Of a stretch of DNA of 64,000 bases, positions 51,801-64,000 are shown one piece after another. The notes beneath the pieces were generated by a model that ran no database searches, had not been told where the DNA came from, and saw only the letters and a program-made list of their open reading frames with translations. This DNA is from Octopus bimaculoides (lineage: Eukaryota). How positions within the stretch are numbered: position 1 is the stretch's first letter; every line of letters begins with the position of its first letter. Location of the stretch: contig NC_068990.1 of the NCBI RefSeq assembly GCF_001194135.2, positions 31,790,329 through 31,854,328 on the forward strand, in the 5' to 3' direction. Made by a program: the position numbers and the translations under genes.

Positions 51801-52133
51801 GAAGGCACATGGCTCAGTGGTTAGAGCATCGAGCTTACAATCATAAGGTTGTGAGTTCGAATCCCGGACTGGGCTGCGTGTTGTGTTCTTGAGCAAGACA
51901 CCTTAGATCACGTTGCTCCAGTTCACTCAGCTGTAGAAATGAGTTGCGACGTCACAGGTGCCAAGCTGTATCGGCCTTTGCCTTTCCCTTGGATAACACT
52001 GGTGGCGTGGAGAGGGGAGGCCGGTATACATGGGCGACTGCTTGTCTTCCATAAGCAACCTTCCCGGACTTGTGCCTTGGAGGGTAACTTTCTAGGTGCA
52101 ATCCCATAGTCAGTCATGACCGAAGGGAGTCTC
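51801..52133 (+). mobile_element. tRNA-derived SINE family D
   Basis: Head GGCACATGGCTCAGTGGTTAGAGC...GAGTTCGAATCCC. Head-only copies at about 32085-32216 (-), 38030-38130 (-), 41830-41950 (-). Confidence 0.8.
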
Positions 52134-52136
52134 AGC

Positions 52137-52185
<49 letters not shown>

Positions 52186-52469
52186 TATATATATAATATA
52201 ATATATATATAATTGAATNNNNNNNNNNNNNNNNNNNNNNNNNNNNNNNNNNNNNNNNNNNNNNNNNNNNNNNNNNNNNNNNNNNNNNNNNNNNNNNNNN
52301 NNNNNNNNNNNNNNNNNNNNNNNNNNNNNNNNNNNNNNNNNNNNNNNNNNNNNNNNNNNNNNNNNNNNNNNNNNNNNNNNNNNNNNNNNNNNNNNNNNNN
52401 NNNNNNNNNNNNNNNNNNNNNNNNNNNNNNNNNNNNNNNNNNNNNNNNNNNNNNNNNNNNNNNNNNNNN

Positions 52470-52516
<47 letters not shown>

Positions 52517-52614
52517 TATATATATAATATATATATATATATAATATAATATATATATAATTGAATACAATTTTGTCAACAAAAAGGAGTACAGTTAGAC
52601 AGCTACTTAATAAA

Positions 52615-52716
52615 CACTACACATATTTCAATACAACATAGATCCACATAGACATAAAATTTAAATTAAGCAACGGTTTACCTGTATAATGGGACCCAGT
52701 TGTATCTCCTCAGGTG
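52615..52716 (-). ncRNA. Type I hammerhead ribozyme motif (family P3, left arm, minus strand)
   Basis: Reverse complement reads CAC-CTGAGGA-GATACAAC...GTTGTATT-GAAA-T-ATGT-G-TA-GTG. Confidence 0.7.
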
Positions 52717-52812
52717 ACATAAAACTACTGTTCTATTAGTAAACCTTTGACTTCAATGCTAGCACATTACAGAAAACAAAAGATGAAGCTAGATGAAGGA
52801 ACAACAGTACAT

Positions 52813-52913
52813 CACCTGAGGAGACACAACTGGATCCCATTATACAGGTAAACATTGCTTAATTTAAATCCTATGTCTATGTGGATCTATGTTGTATCGA
52901 AACACGTGTAGTG
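52813..52913 (+). ncRNA. Type I hammerhead ribozyme motif with long stem II (family P3, right arm)
   Basis: CAC-CTGAGGA-GACACAAC-TGGATCC...GGATCTA-T-GTTGTATC-GAAA-C-ACGT-G-TA-GTG. Intact core, about 15-bp extended stem II, palindromic stem III ACACGTGT, GUA triplet, 3-bp stem I. Confidence 0.75.
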
Positions 52914-54927
52914 TTTATTAAATAGCTGTCTAACTGTACTCCTTTTTGCTGACAAAATTTTTATTCAATTATATATATATATATATATANNNNNNNNNNN
53001 NNNNNNNNNNNNNNNNNNNNNNNNNNNNNNNNNNNNNNNNNNNNNNNNNNNNNNNNNNNNNNNNNNNNNNNNNNNNNNNNNNNNNNNNNTAGCATTTCAG
53101 TGTTGATGGTCCTCATTTATTTCTTGTACTCACTACCAGCCACATGCTGAAATGAGATTTGTCCCCGATGTGTAAGCATTCAATTTCATATATGAGAAAT
53201 TCTTATTCAACCAGACAGCTATTCTCAATACCAGTGAATGTAGGGTAACATAATTGCATTTTGATCTTACTGTGTTCAGCTGCTCTGCTAAGAGAGACCC
53301 ACTTCATTAGGTAATAGTTACATTCTAAGACTGCCAGAATAATAACAAAATGTTTGTTTCATATGCTAGACACATTGGAGTAATACAAGCTTAATGCCAA
53401 CCTTTGCTAGTTGGCTGTTATTATGTCCAACAGGAGGAATTTTCACATGTAGAAATTGTAGTGATCAAGTTGGTTGAGTGGAGAAAGTATGCATTATTGA
53501 GTGCATGTTGTTTAAAGTTAGAAGTAAAGGACACAACAAATATTGGGATGGATTTTCTCAGAGATGTACTACATACAGACCCACTTTAGTTGAGATATGA
53601 TCAATAGAAAGATTCCACAAACTTGGTAGAGACTTTCTTGGTAAGGGAACAGAAGGGTAAGAGGTTTTGCAGACTTTCTAAAATACAACACCTTTATTTT
53701 TTGGTGAGTTATCTTGCAGACATTGGTTATCAGGCACAACAACAATAACAATAGCCACAGCAGCAATAATATACTTTGAAATGTGAATAAGGAACTACTT
53801 AAAACTGGATGTATCCCACCTATACATTAAAATTGTAAGCAAAGAACAAATAGATTATTTAAGAAATTGTTAAAATTTATGGGTATTTCCATACATGCAC
53901 TTATGACAGCCACTATACATGTAGTGTTGATTAATGTCCTGACTTGTAGGTGCATATATATGCATATGTACATGTAGTGTGTAAAAGCACATAGCCTGGT
54001 GATTAGGGTGCTGCACACATGACTGCAAAATCAATTCCCGGTCAGCAATGCATTGTATTCTTGAGCAAAACGCTTCACTTTACATTAATCCCAGGTCAAT
54101 CATCTGAAAGTGAGTAATCCTGCATTTTATTCGGGGGAATGTTGGCTTGCCTGCCTAGCCAAAGGGGTGGCATCATTTGAAAGCTACAACAATGCAAGGA
54201 AGTGCATTGTGACCAGTTGTTTATAACAATATCTGATAGTCTGGTTAATACAGTGATACAGTGACATACAGTGTATCTGATTTTGCTGAATCTTAAGCAA
54301 GATGGCATTGAAAAAGTGAAAGTAAAAGAAAGAAGATAAGTAAAAAAGCTTGAGAAGCACTGTTCTAATTCATTGACATACAGTAGAGTCATAAACGCTC
54401 AGCAAAGGAGTTTGGACTTTAATTATAGATGAAGCTGTTAATCCCAACACATAATTTCAGATCAAATCACTTGTCAAAAAGATTAAGTAATTTATAAGTA
54501 CTGTAGAGTGTTATATAAGTTATTCTTTTATGCTAATTGCCAAATATACTTTATATTATTTATTTTGGTTATTGATTGATATATAATGGTCTAATTGAAA
54601 GAGAAAGCATAATTCTGATTTGCATCAAATCTAAGGAGATTAAACTCAAGTGAAATCAAAACCTTCAGTCATTTTGGTCACATGGGATATTATATAATTA
54701 TTATCACATGCATACACACTTATAACATTCTTTGAGTATGAAAGTGTGAGAGTCCATGTTTTTTATTTGGAATTTTGTTATAATTTTTATTTTCTTATAT
54801 TTTGTTAGCTGAGGAAACCAGAAGGATGGCATTAGGTTTAAAGTTAAGAATAGCCATTTTGCTATAGAGCAATTACTTGTAGTATTAGGAACCCAGTGTG
54901 CAATATTTTGCATTGGTGTTATCAATA

Positions 54928-55250
54928 TATTGGGTCATCCCATAAATAATGTGTTTTTTTTTCAATTGCATGAATTAAAAATCGGAGGGGACAGGATAAA
55001 CTACCTGCATCAACTTCCTATAAAAGCAGGTTATAATTTTACCTTATACTTATTCTTAGTGCACGTTTTGAAGAGTGCAGTGAGATTTTAACAGCTATTT
55101 TTTCAAAGTTATATTGGAAGTCACAAAAAAGCATATTCAGTATATTTTCCTTTTGGGTTCAATAAAGGCACAACGCAAAGAAAAGTGTAATATTAACGCA
55201 GTATATGGGAATTGGACAATAAGCATAAGCCAGTATCAACAGTGTATTAC
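54928..55250 (+). mobile_element. Mariner 5' end remnant
   Basis: TA-TTGGGTCATCCCATAAAT terminal repeat similar to that at 11683; downstream EVTKKHIQYIF.FG.FNKG...NAVYG. Confidence 0.7.
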
Positions 55251-55629
55251 AGCTGTAGTTTTCTTTGAGTGAGTTGAGTGGGGTATCAGGTCAAGACCCT
55301 ATTCCTCACTCCACTTCATCATCAGGAATGGGAACAAGAAACTTCAAGTTGTGACTCAAGCAAATTAAGCTTTGAATAAATGTCTTTCATTTCTAAAAGT
55401 ACTTAGTCCTGTTAAGTGGGGTGAGATAACTTTTATTCAAAGCTGAATCTACATGCATCTCTGCTTGGGATTTCTTTGTCTCATTCAACAATTGCCTGAA
55501 GATAACTACACTTTGATCTTAGCCAAAACTTTGAATAATGACTAATGCTACTTCAACTATGAATAAAAGTGATGTTTCTACACCACCTGTCTTCGTCTTT
55601 TGTTTTGGTTTTTTTTTTGTGAATTCTCC

Positions 55630-55662
<33 letters not shown>

Positions 55663-56119
55663 NNNNNNNNNNNNNNNNNNNNNNNNNNNNNNNNNNNNNN
55701 NNNNNNNNNNNNNNNNNNNNNNNNNNNNNNNNNNNNNNNNNNNNNNNNNNNNNNNNNNNNNNNNNNNNNNNNNNNNNNNNNNNNNNNNNNNNNNNNNNNN
55801 NNNNNNNNNNNNNNNNNNNNNNNNNNNNNNNNNNNNNNNNNNNNNNNNNNNNNNNNNNNNNNNNNNNNNNNNNNNNNNNNNNNNNNNNNNNNNNNNNNNN
55901 NNNNNNNNNNNNNNNNNNNNNNNNNNNNNNNNNNNNNNNNNNNNNNNNNNNNNNNNNNNNNNNNNNNNNNNNNNNNNNNNNNNNNNNNNNNNNNNNNNNN
56001 NNNNNNNNNNNNNNNNNNNNNNNNNNNNNNNNNNNNNNNNNNNNNNNNNNNNNNNNNNNNNNNNNNNNNNNNNNNNNNNNNNNNNNNNNNNNNNNNNNNN
56101 NNNNNNNNNNNNNNNNNNN

Positions 56120-56179
<60 letters not shown>

Positions 56180-58258
56180 AATAAAGGGAGAGAGAGGGGG
56201 AGTGAGTGAGAGAAAAGAGGTTTCCTAATCCATGCTTTTAGTAGCACATGTTTAGCCTCTCTGTGAAAAGTGAATATTGTTAGTAAACTATATTTTACTT
56301 TCTGTAACCAGCAAATGGAGATCCACAAAACTAGGTTCAGCATTTCTTACTATTTCATCAGATGTCATAATATATTTGTAGCAAATGGCTACCAAATTTC
56401 TGAGCCAGGATTTGAAACTAAATCCACAATTTCATACAAGTCATCAGCCTATTGTTCTAGCCTGTTGTACAAAAGGATTTATGAAAATGAACCGACCTCT
56501 TAATCATTTATGAGTCATACATGGGTCAAAACTGGTGAGGAGAAAAGATCCTTTGCTTGGCATGACCTAATTTAGTTCTGAAGAATATAAATGCATGAAG
56601 ACAAATTACTTTCCCTTTTTGGTCAAGCAACCGCTAATCAGAGAGCATCTCTTCTTCCTTCTTTCAGTATGGATGGAGAAGTAACACCGTTATACATGAG
56701 ACAAAACAACTATTGCTCTTTCTATCTGCCTATTTTTATAACTCTATCTTTCTATAGTACTCACTTGCAGATTGATTTTCTATCTGTACAACAGACCAGG
56801 GAACTGAAGACAATTTGTTTACTGCAATAACAAACAAGTTGTGTACACACAAACAACTCAAAGAATTTATTTTATATATTGTAATGACAATAATGATATA
56901 AATAAAATTGCCATCTTAATAAACAATTTATGATCTTAAGTAACATATCGATGTTACTTAGCCATTACAAATCGGTGATTTCATCATGACTCCATCGTTT
57001 TACATATACATACATACGGTTTAACATACATGTATGCATATATACCAGTCATGGGTAAACTGTGACCAGTGGGACTTTCTGAATGATATATTTAATGAAA
57101 AATCACCTTTAGTATTTTTAGTAGCGTGGCCAGCTCGATAATGAGACCATGTCTCATGCAGCCCACTTCTACATAATGCTTGCCCATAACTGATACATAG
57201 AGTAATGAAACAGCGGCTTAGGCAACATTCAGCTGTTATCAATCCAAATAGAGAGCCAATTTTTGTTTGTTAAACCTTGGAGAAATAGTGGTCAAATCTC
57301 ACTCAAATTGAACTTGCACTGTTTTAAACAATTTTGCATTCAGCTGCATTAGGTCTGGTTGTCCTAGATGTACAAAAAGATAGAATGGTGATAGTTGGAA
57401 TGCCTGCTCAGTCAGGACTAACCTGGTTCATATTATCATCTAGTTTCCAATGAGGGATTCTCAAAACCATGAGTGTGGGTTTCTTTAAAATCATTCCTAA
57501 AATTTACATGTATCCGTGCATCTAATCTTAAAAAATTCCCTTTGTTATCAATCATAGTCATTGTTATTTCCAGTGGCAGTTTGTACAGATACAAATACAT
57601 ACATACATACATGCGTACTTTCAGTTATGTGTATAGATAAAAGTGTATGTGTGTCCTGTAAGTTTTGATCATTTGCATAACAAGGAAAAGTGTATATATC
57701 AGGAGCTTCAACATAGATCATTGTATATATATGGTCAGACACAGATGAGATAAAAGGCATGATTGCATAATGTTTCTACATTGTTATGTAATTATTTTGG
57801 CCTTTTGATGAAATATGTGTATGTCTTATAAAGCTTTAAATATCACACTTGTTTTCTGCTTATTATATATATGAAGTATAAGGAAAGGCAAAAATTGTAG
57901 ATGTAGACGATCTTTAATTCATAATCCAGCTTGGTACAGAACCAATATAAATTCTACAAATTGTTTCGGAGTCTAAATAATTCCAAAGACAAAAATGAAA
58001 AACTCTTCTTGAAATAAAAATTAGATTCTTCTTCAGGAATTACATATTGGTATGAATAATTACGACCGACAAAAATATACAAAGAGCATTCATAGCCCAG
58101 ATGGGAACGAACAAATAATAATAGAATGAAAGATAACTAGAACGCCAGACAATTCAAAACCAGAAAAACATATATATAAAAAAAAAGAAAAGAAAAGAAA
58201 CCATTCCAGTGTTTTATTAACATTACAATTCACAATATGTAAATATTTAGTAAAGAAT

Positions 58259-58668
58259 AAGTTGGAGTCAACAAGAAGGAGTACAGAGGACATTTATTTG
58301 TAATCATTATAATAGTTTCCATGCAACTTGGTTCTTCAGGTTTGCAGGTATTTGGTTATGTAACCATTTCCCTGCATTATGAGTTCTAGCTGTGTTTCCT
58401 CAAGTGATCTATAAATATTGTTTCCATAAACTCAAATTCTCAGCTTTGTCGCAGGCCATGACAGACAGATAGGAGGTGCTTGAAACCAAGAATTTGCATT
58501 TATAGAAACAATATTTATAGATCACTTGAGGAAACACAACTAGAACTCATAATGCATGAAAACGGTTACATAACCAAATACCTACAAACTTGGAGAACTA
58601 CGTTGCATGGAAATAATTGTAGTGATTACAAATAAATGTTCCTCTGTACTCCTTGTTGACTCCAACTT
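58259..58668. mobile_element. Inverted pair of Penelope-like terminal repeats (family P4): about 180-bp arms, 48-bp spacer, degenerate hammerheads
   Basis: 58259-58440 vs 58489-58668. Right arm GATCAC-TTGAGGA-AACACAAC...GTTGCATG-GAAA-T-AATT-G-TA-GTGATT (58520-58627). Shares ATCACyTGAGGArACACAACTrGA and CTGTACTCCTT..TTG with family P3. Confidence 0.65.
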
Positions 58669-59229
58669 GTTCAATTATCCATTCACACACTACTGAAGCC
58701 CCAATGCAAATCTGGCAATACCTATAATAATATTGCTGGATAGCACCGGTTGAAATCTGAACGTGGCCAGGCTTTATACTGTACTCTACTATGTTCTTAA
58801 CAGAATATAACCTAACTATATATATATATATATATATATATTATGTTATTTAGTTTGGAACTTACCAATCATGGTTATCAGCTTGGTAACTCCCAGAATG
58901 TAATTGGATACCAGTGTACACTGTAGGGATACTAGATTTTTTTTTATTTTCTGGCATACAAGTTGAAATCTTCAGACCAAAATTTACAGCCAAAAAAGGA
59001 AGACTGACTTTTACACCAAGACGACTTTGGAGGACCAAAACCTTTCATGAGGAAAGCAGCAGAATTTATAAAAATAGTGATATGTTTGAATGTTTATACT
59101 ACATGTTCTCACTATATAGTTAATCAGGTGATACACGAAGGAATCATACCAAATGACTGGTGAAGCTATATCCCCTTCTATTTTGTCAAAGGCTTTGAGT
59201 AATACATCTCTAAATCTCTATCCATTTGC

Positions 59230-59960
59230 AGGATCTTTAAGCTTCCAGACCCTTCACCTCCAAGCTGGTCTTCTTCTGTGCATCCATTTAGCCCTGATCT
59301 CGAAGTCGCTAACTACTAATCTATGTTGAGGGGTACATTCTTCGCCTGGGAAGGTTTTGGCATTTATAAGCAGCCCTCTTTCTCTTTTTCTGGCGAGGAT
59401 GTAGTCAATTTGGCTAGTGTGTCTGCCAGAACGGTAGGTGACTAGGTGACTGATAGGTTTCCTGAAGTTAGCATTGCAAACCATAAGATCATTTGTATTG
59501 CAGAACTACATCAGTCCGGTTCCCTCCTCATTGTGGGAGCCAAAGCCATAGCCTCCATGTACGCCATGGAAGCCCCCTTTATGTTGTCCAACATGCCCAT
59601 TGAAGTCACCAGCCACAAAGAGAAGGTCCCAGTCATTCGTCAACGAGATAGTCTGCAATAGGGTGTCATAAAATTGGTCTTTCTGCCTATCTGGTAGCCC
59701 CAGTTGAGGGGCATAGGCCGAGATAATGGTTGCTAACCTATGGTGAAGCATTAATCTAATCTTAAGTACTCTGTCACATACTCTGACTACCTCGATTACC
59801 TTATTAACCCATTTCTCCGCAAGAAGTATACCCACGCCCCTGACCCCGTCAATGTTCCCTGCCCAGAAAATCTTGTACCTGTGTTCTTCGCCCGTGAGGA
59901 ACATAGCAGAACCTCCTCTCCATCTTACTTCTTGGATGCAGAACAAATCTACCCATCTCC
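59230..59960 (-). mobile_element. RTE LINE apurinic-type endonuclease domain fragment
   Basis: FCIQEVRWRG...GVGILL...IISAYAPQ...VAGDFNGHVG...SQIDYIL...QHRLVVSDF. Confidence 0.92.
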
Positions 59961-59964
59961 GTTC

Positions 59965-59997
<33 letters not shown>

Positions 59998-60026
59998 TGT
60001 ATGTATGTGCGTATTTTTATGTATAT

Positions 60027-60590
60027 AGGCACAAAAGTGGCAGTGTAGTAAGAAGCTTGCTTTCTAACCACATGGTTCTGGGTTCAGTCCTACTGTGTGG
60101 CACTTTAGACAAGTGTCTTCTACTATAGCCTCAGGCCAACCAAAGCTTTGTGNNNNNNNNNNNNNNNNNNNNNNNNNNNNNNNNNNNNNNNNNNNNNNNN
60201 NNNNNNNNNNNNNNNNNNNNNNNNNNNNNNNNNNNNNNNNNNNNNNNNNNNNNNNNNNNNNNNNNNNNNNNNNNNNNNNNNNNNNNNNNNNNNNNNNNNN
60301 NNNNNNNNNNNNNNNNNNNNNNNNNNNNNNNNNNNNNNNNNNNNNNNNNNNNNNNNNNNNNNNNNNNNNNNNNNNNNNNNNNNNNNNNNNNNNNNNNNNN
60401 NNNNNNNNNNNNNNNNNNNNNNNNNNNNNNNNNNNNNNNNNNNNNNNNNNNNAGTGGTTCGGCAAATGAGACCGAGAGAATAAGTACTAGGCTTGCAAAG
60501 AATACGTCCTGGGGGCAATTTGTTTGACTAAAGGTGGTGCTCCAGCATGGCCACAGTCAAATACACTGAAACAAGTAAAAGAATAAATGA
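60027..60590 (+). mobile_element. tRNA-derived SINE family A spanning an N gap
   Basis: Head and tail both match 62677-63083. Confidence 0.75.
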
Positions 60591-61442
60591 ATATAAACAT
60601 ATTCTTGGTTTTAAGTTTTTCTTGAAGAGTTCCGTTAAATGAATGAAAGTGCTAATAAAGAATTATCCAAAATTCTAACTGCCTCCTTTTTCTTAACATT
60701 CAATATCTGTACACCACCTCAAACACTATACATACCTATGTGTGTGTGTGTTTATATATATATATATATATATATATCTGTAAATAATATGCGACAATTA
60801 TTTGGTAGCCATGATAAAACGCCAAGTTTCAGATGAATAATTGTCACATATTATTTAGAGATAAATTCCTCTATTTACATAATATCGAGGTCTCTTTCTT
60901 TCTTTTGTTGTCTTTTCTACCAATATATATATATATGGGAGAATTTACGAAAAATACAACAGACGAAGACAGGTGGTGTAAACAACAAATGGATGTATTA
61001 GTTTAACGCTCGGGAATAGAGAAAGTCTTTGATGTTTTGAGCTACACTCTACAAGGTTTTTTTTATCCAGATTACACACACACACATTTATAATATGTGT
61101 CTATATGTGAACAATATGCTTTTTTAAAAAGATTTTATTGATATCTCCTCACAGTCATGTAGGTTACTCAATTTCTTCATAATAATTGATATTTTCTAGT
61201 TTAGTACGTAAATCAGTTATTAAATCATTAAATGACCATTGTATTTGGATAAAGGTTGTTTTATCTTTAGTTTTGTTCTAACAAGCTTTTATCTAAGGCC
61301 TTATTTCCAGCACAGGCAGTTTAAAAAAAATTCATTCATTCATAGAAATGAAATTTAAAGCAAACAGGTCAAAGTCTCCAAATGTAGCTGTTTACTGTTA
61401 TGAGAGTTACAGAGATAGAGATGTAGAGAAATAGAAAAATAA

Positions 61443-61483
<41 letters not shown>

Positions 61484-62255
61484 ATGATAAATTCTTCATA
61501 CAGACATCACCTGTGAGTTGAGGTCATAGAAACATTTTGAGTTCATAGTCATACAGTTATATCTAGTAGCATACAAACTCTGTATTACTGACATCAAAAT
61601 GATAAGGTTTTTATCAATGTTAATCAGGCAAGTGACAACACTCTAGAATAAGCTCCTAACAAACTAGATCTGCAGCAGTTTCAATTCTCACTTGCAGCCA
61701 AGATTTTATTTCATTCATGTCACTCTTGTAACTAATATGTCTCACAGACAATTAACATGATTTTCTGGGCAACCACTCAAGGAGGCAGTAGTTTACGTTC
61801 TGTCCTCAGCACTTAATTTTGTTCACTATAAAAAAACTCAATTCTAATGATGAAAGTCTACCAAGCTTTAAGAAGATACCAGAGGATGCAGTTCTAGAAT
61901 TTATAATTATTTTGTTAGTTTGTAATCTGAATTCAGTTTATGCTTCTCATACATATGTGGTGGTGGTGGTGGTGCTGCTGCTGATACTGGTGCTGGTTGT
62001 GTATATGTGTGTATGTGTCTGTCTCCTTGTCTTGAGATCACTCACTAGTAATGAATTGACTTCGCCATTTATACAAGTGTATTTATGCATTTGTTTGCAT
62101 TTTTCCATGACATCCATGTCCAGACAAAAGGAAAATAAAATATTGTTGCTTCAAAACATTTGAGGGTTAGTGACAGGAAAAGCCATAGAATATATAATTT
62201 AACAAATCTCATCTGAGCCACTGGAAAATAGACAGTAAGCAAAGGTATATTTTTA

Positions 62256-62288
<33 letters not shown>

Positions 62289-62676
62289 GCATATGCTAAT
62301 ATCCAGCAGTGAGAATGAGTGATCAACACTGCCTTGGTGGATAAATATTCTTTATTTGTGATTAAACAAGCCAACTAATAGTTTCATACAAAGAGATCTT
62401 CACAATTGCTCAATTGAACCCCTTGGAAGTGATGGTATTTAAAGTGTAGCTGAGTACCAACAGTTCCATGTGGATCACTTGGTAAACTGTGAAGATCTCT
62501 TTACATAAAATCATTGGTTGCCTTACTAACCCACAAACAAAGAAATATTTATATATATATATTTTAATTTATGTATATATTAATATTACTTGTATATCTC
62601 CTGCTTTTGTGTATATATATTGAAAAATCAAGAGTGCATATAATTTTTTACTCTCACTCGTGTATATATATATATA

Positions 62677-63083
62677 GGCGCAGGAGTGGCTGTGTGGTAA
62701 GTAGCTTGCTTACCAACCACATGGTTCCGGGTTCTGTCCCACTGCATGGCACCTTGGGCAAGTGTCTTCTACTATAGCCTCGGTCTGACCAAAGCCTTGT
62801 GAGTGGTTTTGGTAGATGGAAACTGAAAGCCCATTGTATATATGTATATATATATGTATGTGTGTGTGTATATGTTTGTGTGTCTATGTTTGTCCCCCAA
62901 CATCGCTTGACAACCGATGCTGGTGTGTTTACGTCCCCGTAACTTAGCGGTTTAGCAAAAGAGACTGAGAGAATAAGTACTAGGCTTACAAAGAATAAGT
63001 CCTGGGGTCGATTTGCTCGACTAAAGGTGGTGCTCTAGCATGGCCACAGTCAATTGACTGAAATAAGTAAAAGAATAAAAGAG
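62677..63083 (+). mobile_element. tRNA-derived SINE family A, full-length reference copy
   Basis: Head GGCGCAGGAGTGGCTGTGTGGTAAG...GGTTCTGTCCC, core ACCTTGGGCAAGTG, internal (TA/TG)n, tail CTGAAATAAGTAAAAGA; TA-repeat flanks. Confidence 0.88.
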
Positions 63084-63371
63084 TATATATATATATATAT
63101 ATATAAGACCTTTGGCATTATGCCATGCTTGAGAAGAAGACCCATCAAGCCAAGTAAAATTATAGTTGTGGCAGATACTGATGTCACACAAATGGCACCC
63201 ATGCTGGTGGCATGTAAAAGCATGCATTGGCATTAGGAAGGGCATCCAGCCACAGAAATCATGCCAAATCAAACTAGAGTTTGATACAGCCTTCCCGCTT
63301 GCCAGCCCAGGTCAAACCATCCAACTCATGCCAGCATGGACAACAGATGTTAAATGATGATGATGATGATG

Positions 63372-63429
<58 letters not shown>

Positions 63430-63937
63430 TACACACATGTATATACATATTGAGAAAAAGAGACATACATATAAGTATATTCACAGCTCTAAGAGTTAGG
63501 TTTACTATATATAGCATCAACACTCATATTAGAAAAGGATGGAGGCCAATACAAAAATAGTATGACATCAGCTCAGGCTGAAGGAAACAACACAAGTGGT
63601 TACTTACAGCTTCCTGTAGCTACCATTAAACTTGACAAATAAATGTATGATAACTTCATAATGAGTAGCATGGGTACTTAGAATATTTACAGTTTAGATT
63701 GGGGAACTAGCTATCACGTAAATACATGTCTGTTAGTAATTGCATGCATCACTTTACATGCAGCAATCCAATATGACCCTTTGCTCTTCTGGCTATATAG
63801 TAAAAACTTAAGCCTCTGTTATTGCTATTCTGCTTATGTCTCAGGTTATATAGAATTATGGCTACTCACATCAGTCTGCTCAGTTTACAAAACAATAGTT
63901 TACTTCATATTTAGTTTACTGATAAGGAAGATCATGC

Positions 63938-63940
<3 letters not shown>

Positions 63941-64000
<60 letters not shown>
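63941..64000. repeat. (TG)n microsatellite running to the window end
   Basis: Directly visible. Confidence 0.95.

Larger units (their letters stand above)
52559..52970. mobile_element. Inverted pair of Penelope-like terminal repeats (family P3): 159-bp arms, 94-bp spacer
   Basis: 52559-52717 is the diverged reverse complement of 52812-52970; embedded in (TA)n; each arm carries a hammerhead motif. Confidence 0.75.

Noticed and set aside
51382-51900. tRNA genes suggested by A-box/B-box sequences
   Set aside because: No complete cloverleaf or acceptor stem; each continues into a SINE body found in several copies.
53430-53640. Cys-rich frame GIFTCRNCSDQVG*VEKVCIIEC after an AG, possibly a selenocysteine exon
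   Set aside because: A second stop follows, there is no recognisable family or SECIS evidence, and the phase does not fit the 51130 donor.
50327-56343. Many long ORFs containing X runs (also near 2.5-3.1, 19.7, 21.7, 33.5, 36.4 and 60.1 kb)
   Set aside because: They are open only because they read through N gaps and dinucleotide repeats.

Overview
AT-rich, repeat-dense animal genomic scaffold with many N gaps. The SINE/LINE families and microsatellite load suggest an octopod cephalopod (inferred, not proven). One protein-coding gene can be fully reconstructed on the + strand from six coding exons (12620-24237, all introns GT-AG, 343 aa). It encodes a glucosidase II beta (PRKCSH)-like protein with an N-terminal membrane anchor, the Cys/Asp-rich PRKCSH N-terminal module and a C-terminal MRH domain, but it lacks the EF-hand/acidic region and the HDEL signal. 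A possible signal-peptide exon of a second gene lies at 51048-51130. The rest is mostly transposon debris: a Chapaev3-like DNA transposon with an in-frame core deletion, mariner remnants, RTE, R4/Dong, Tx1-like and CR1/L2-like LINE fragments, and several tRNA-derived SINE families. The most notable unannotated signal is a set of at least four distinct Penelope-like terminal-repeat families carrying type I hammerhead ribozyme motifs. Two occur as long inverted pairs (52.6-53.0 kb and 58.3-58.7 kb), and two lie in sense orientation in intron 3 of the gene.
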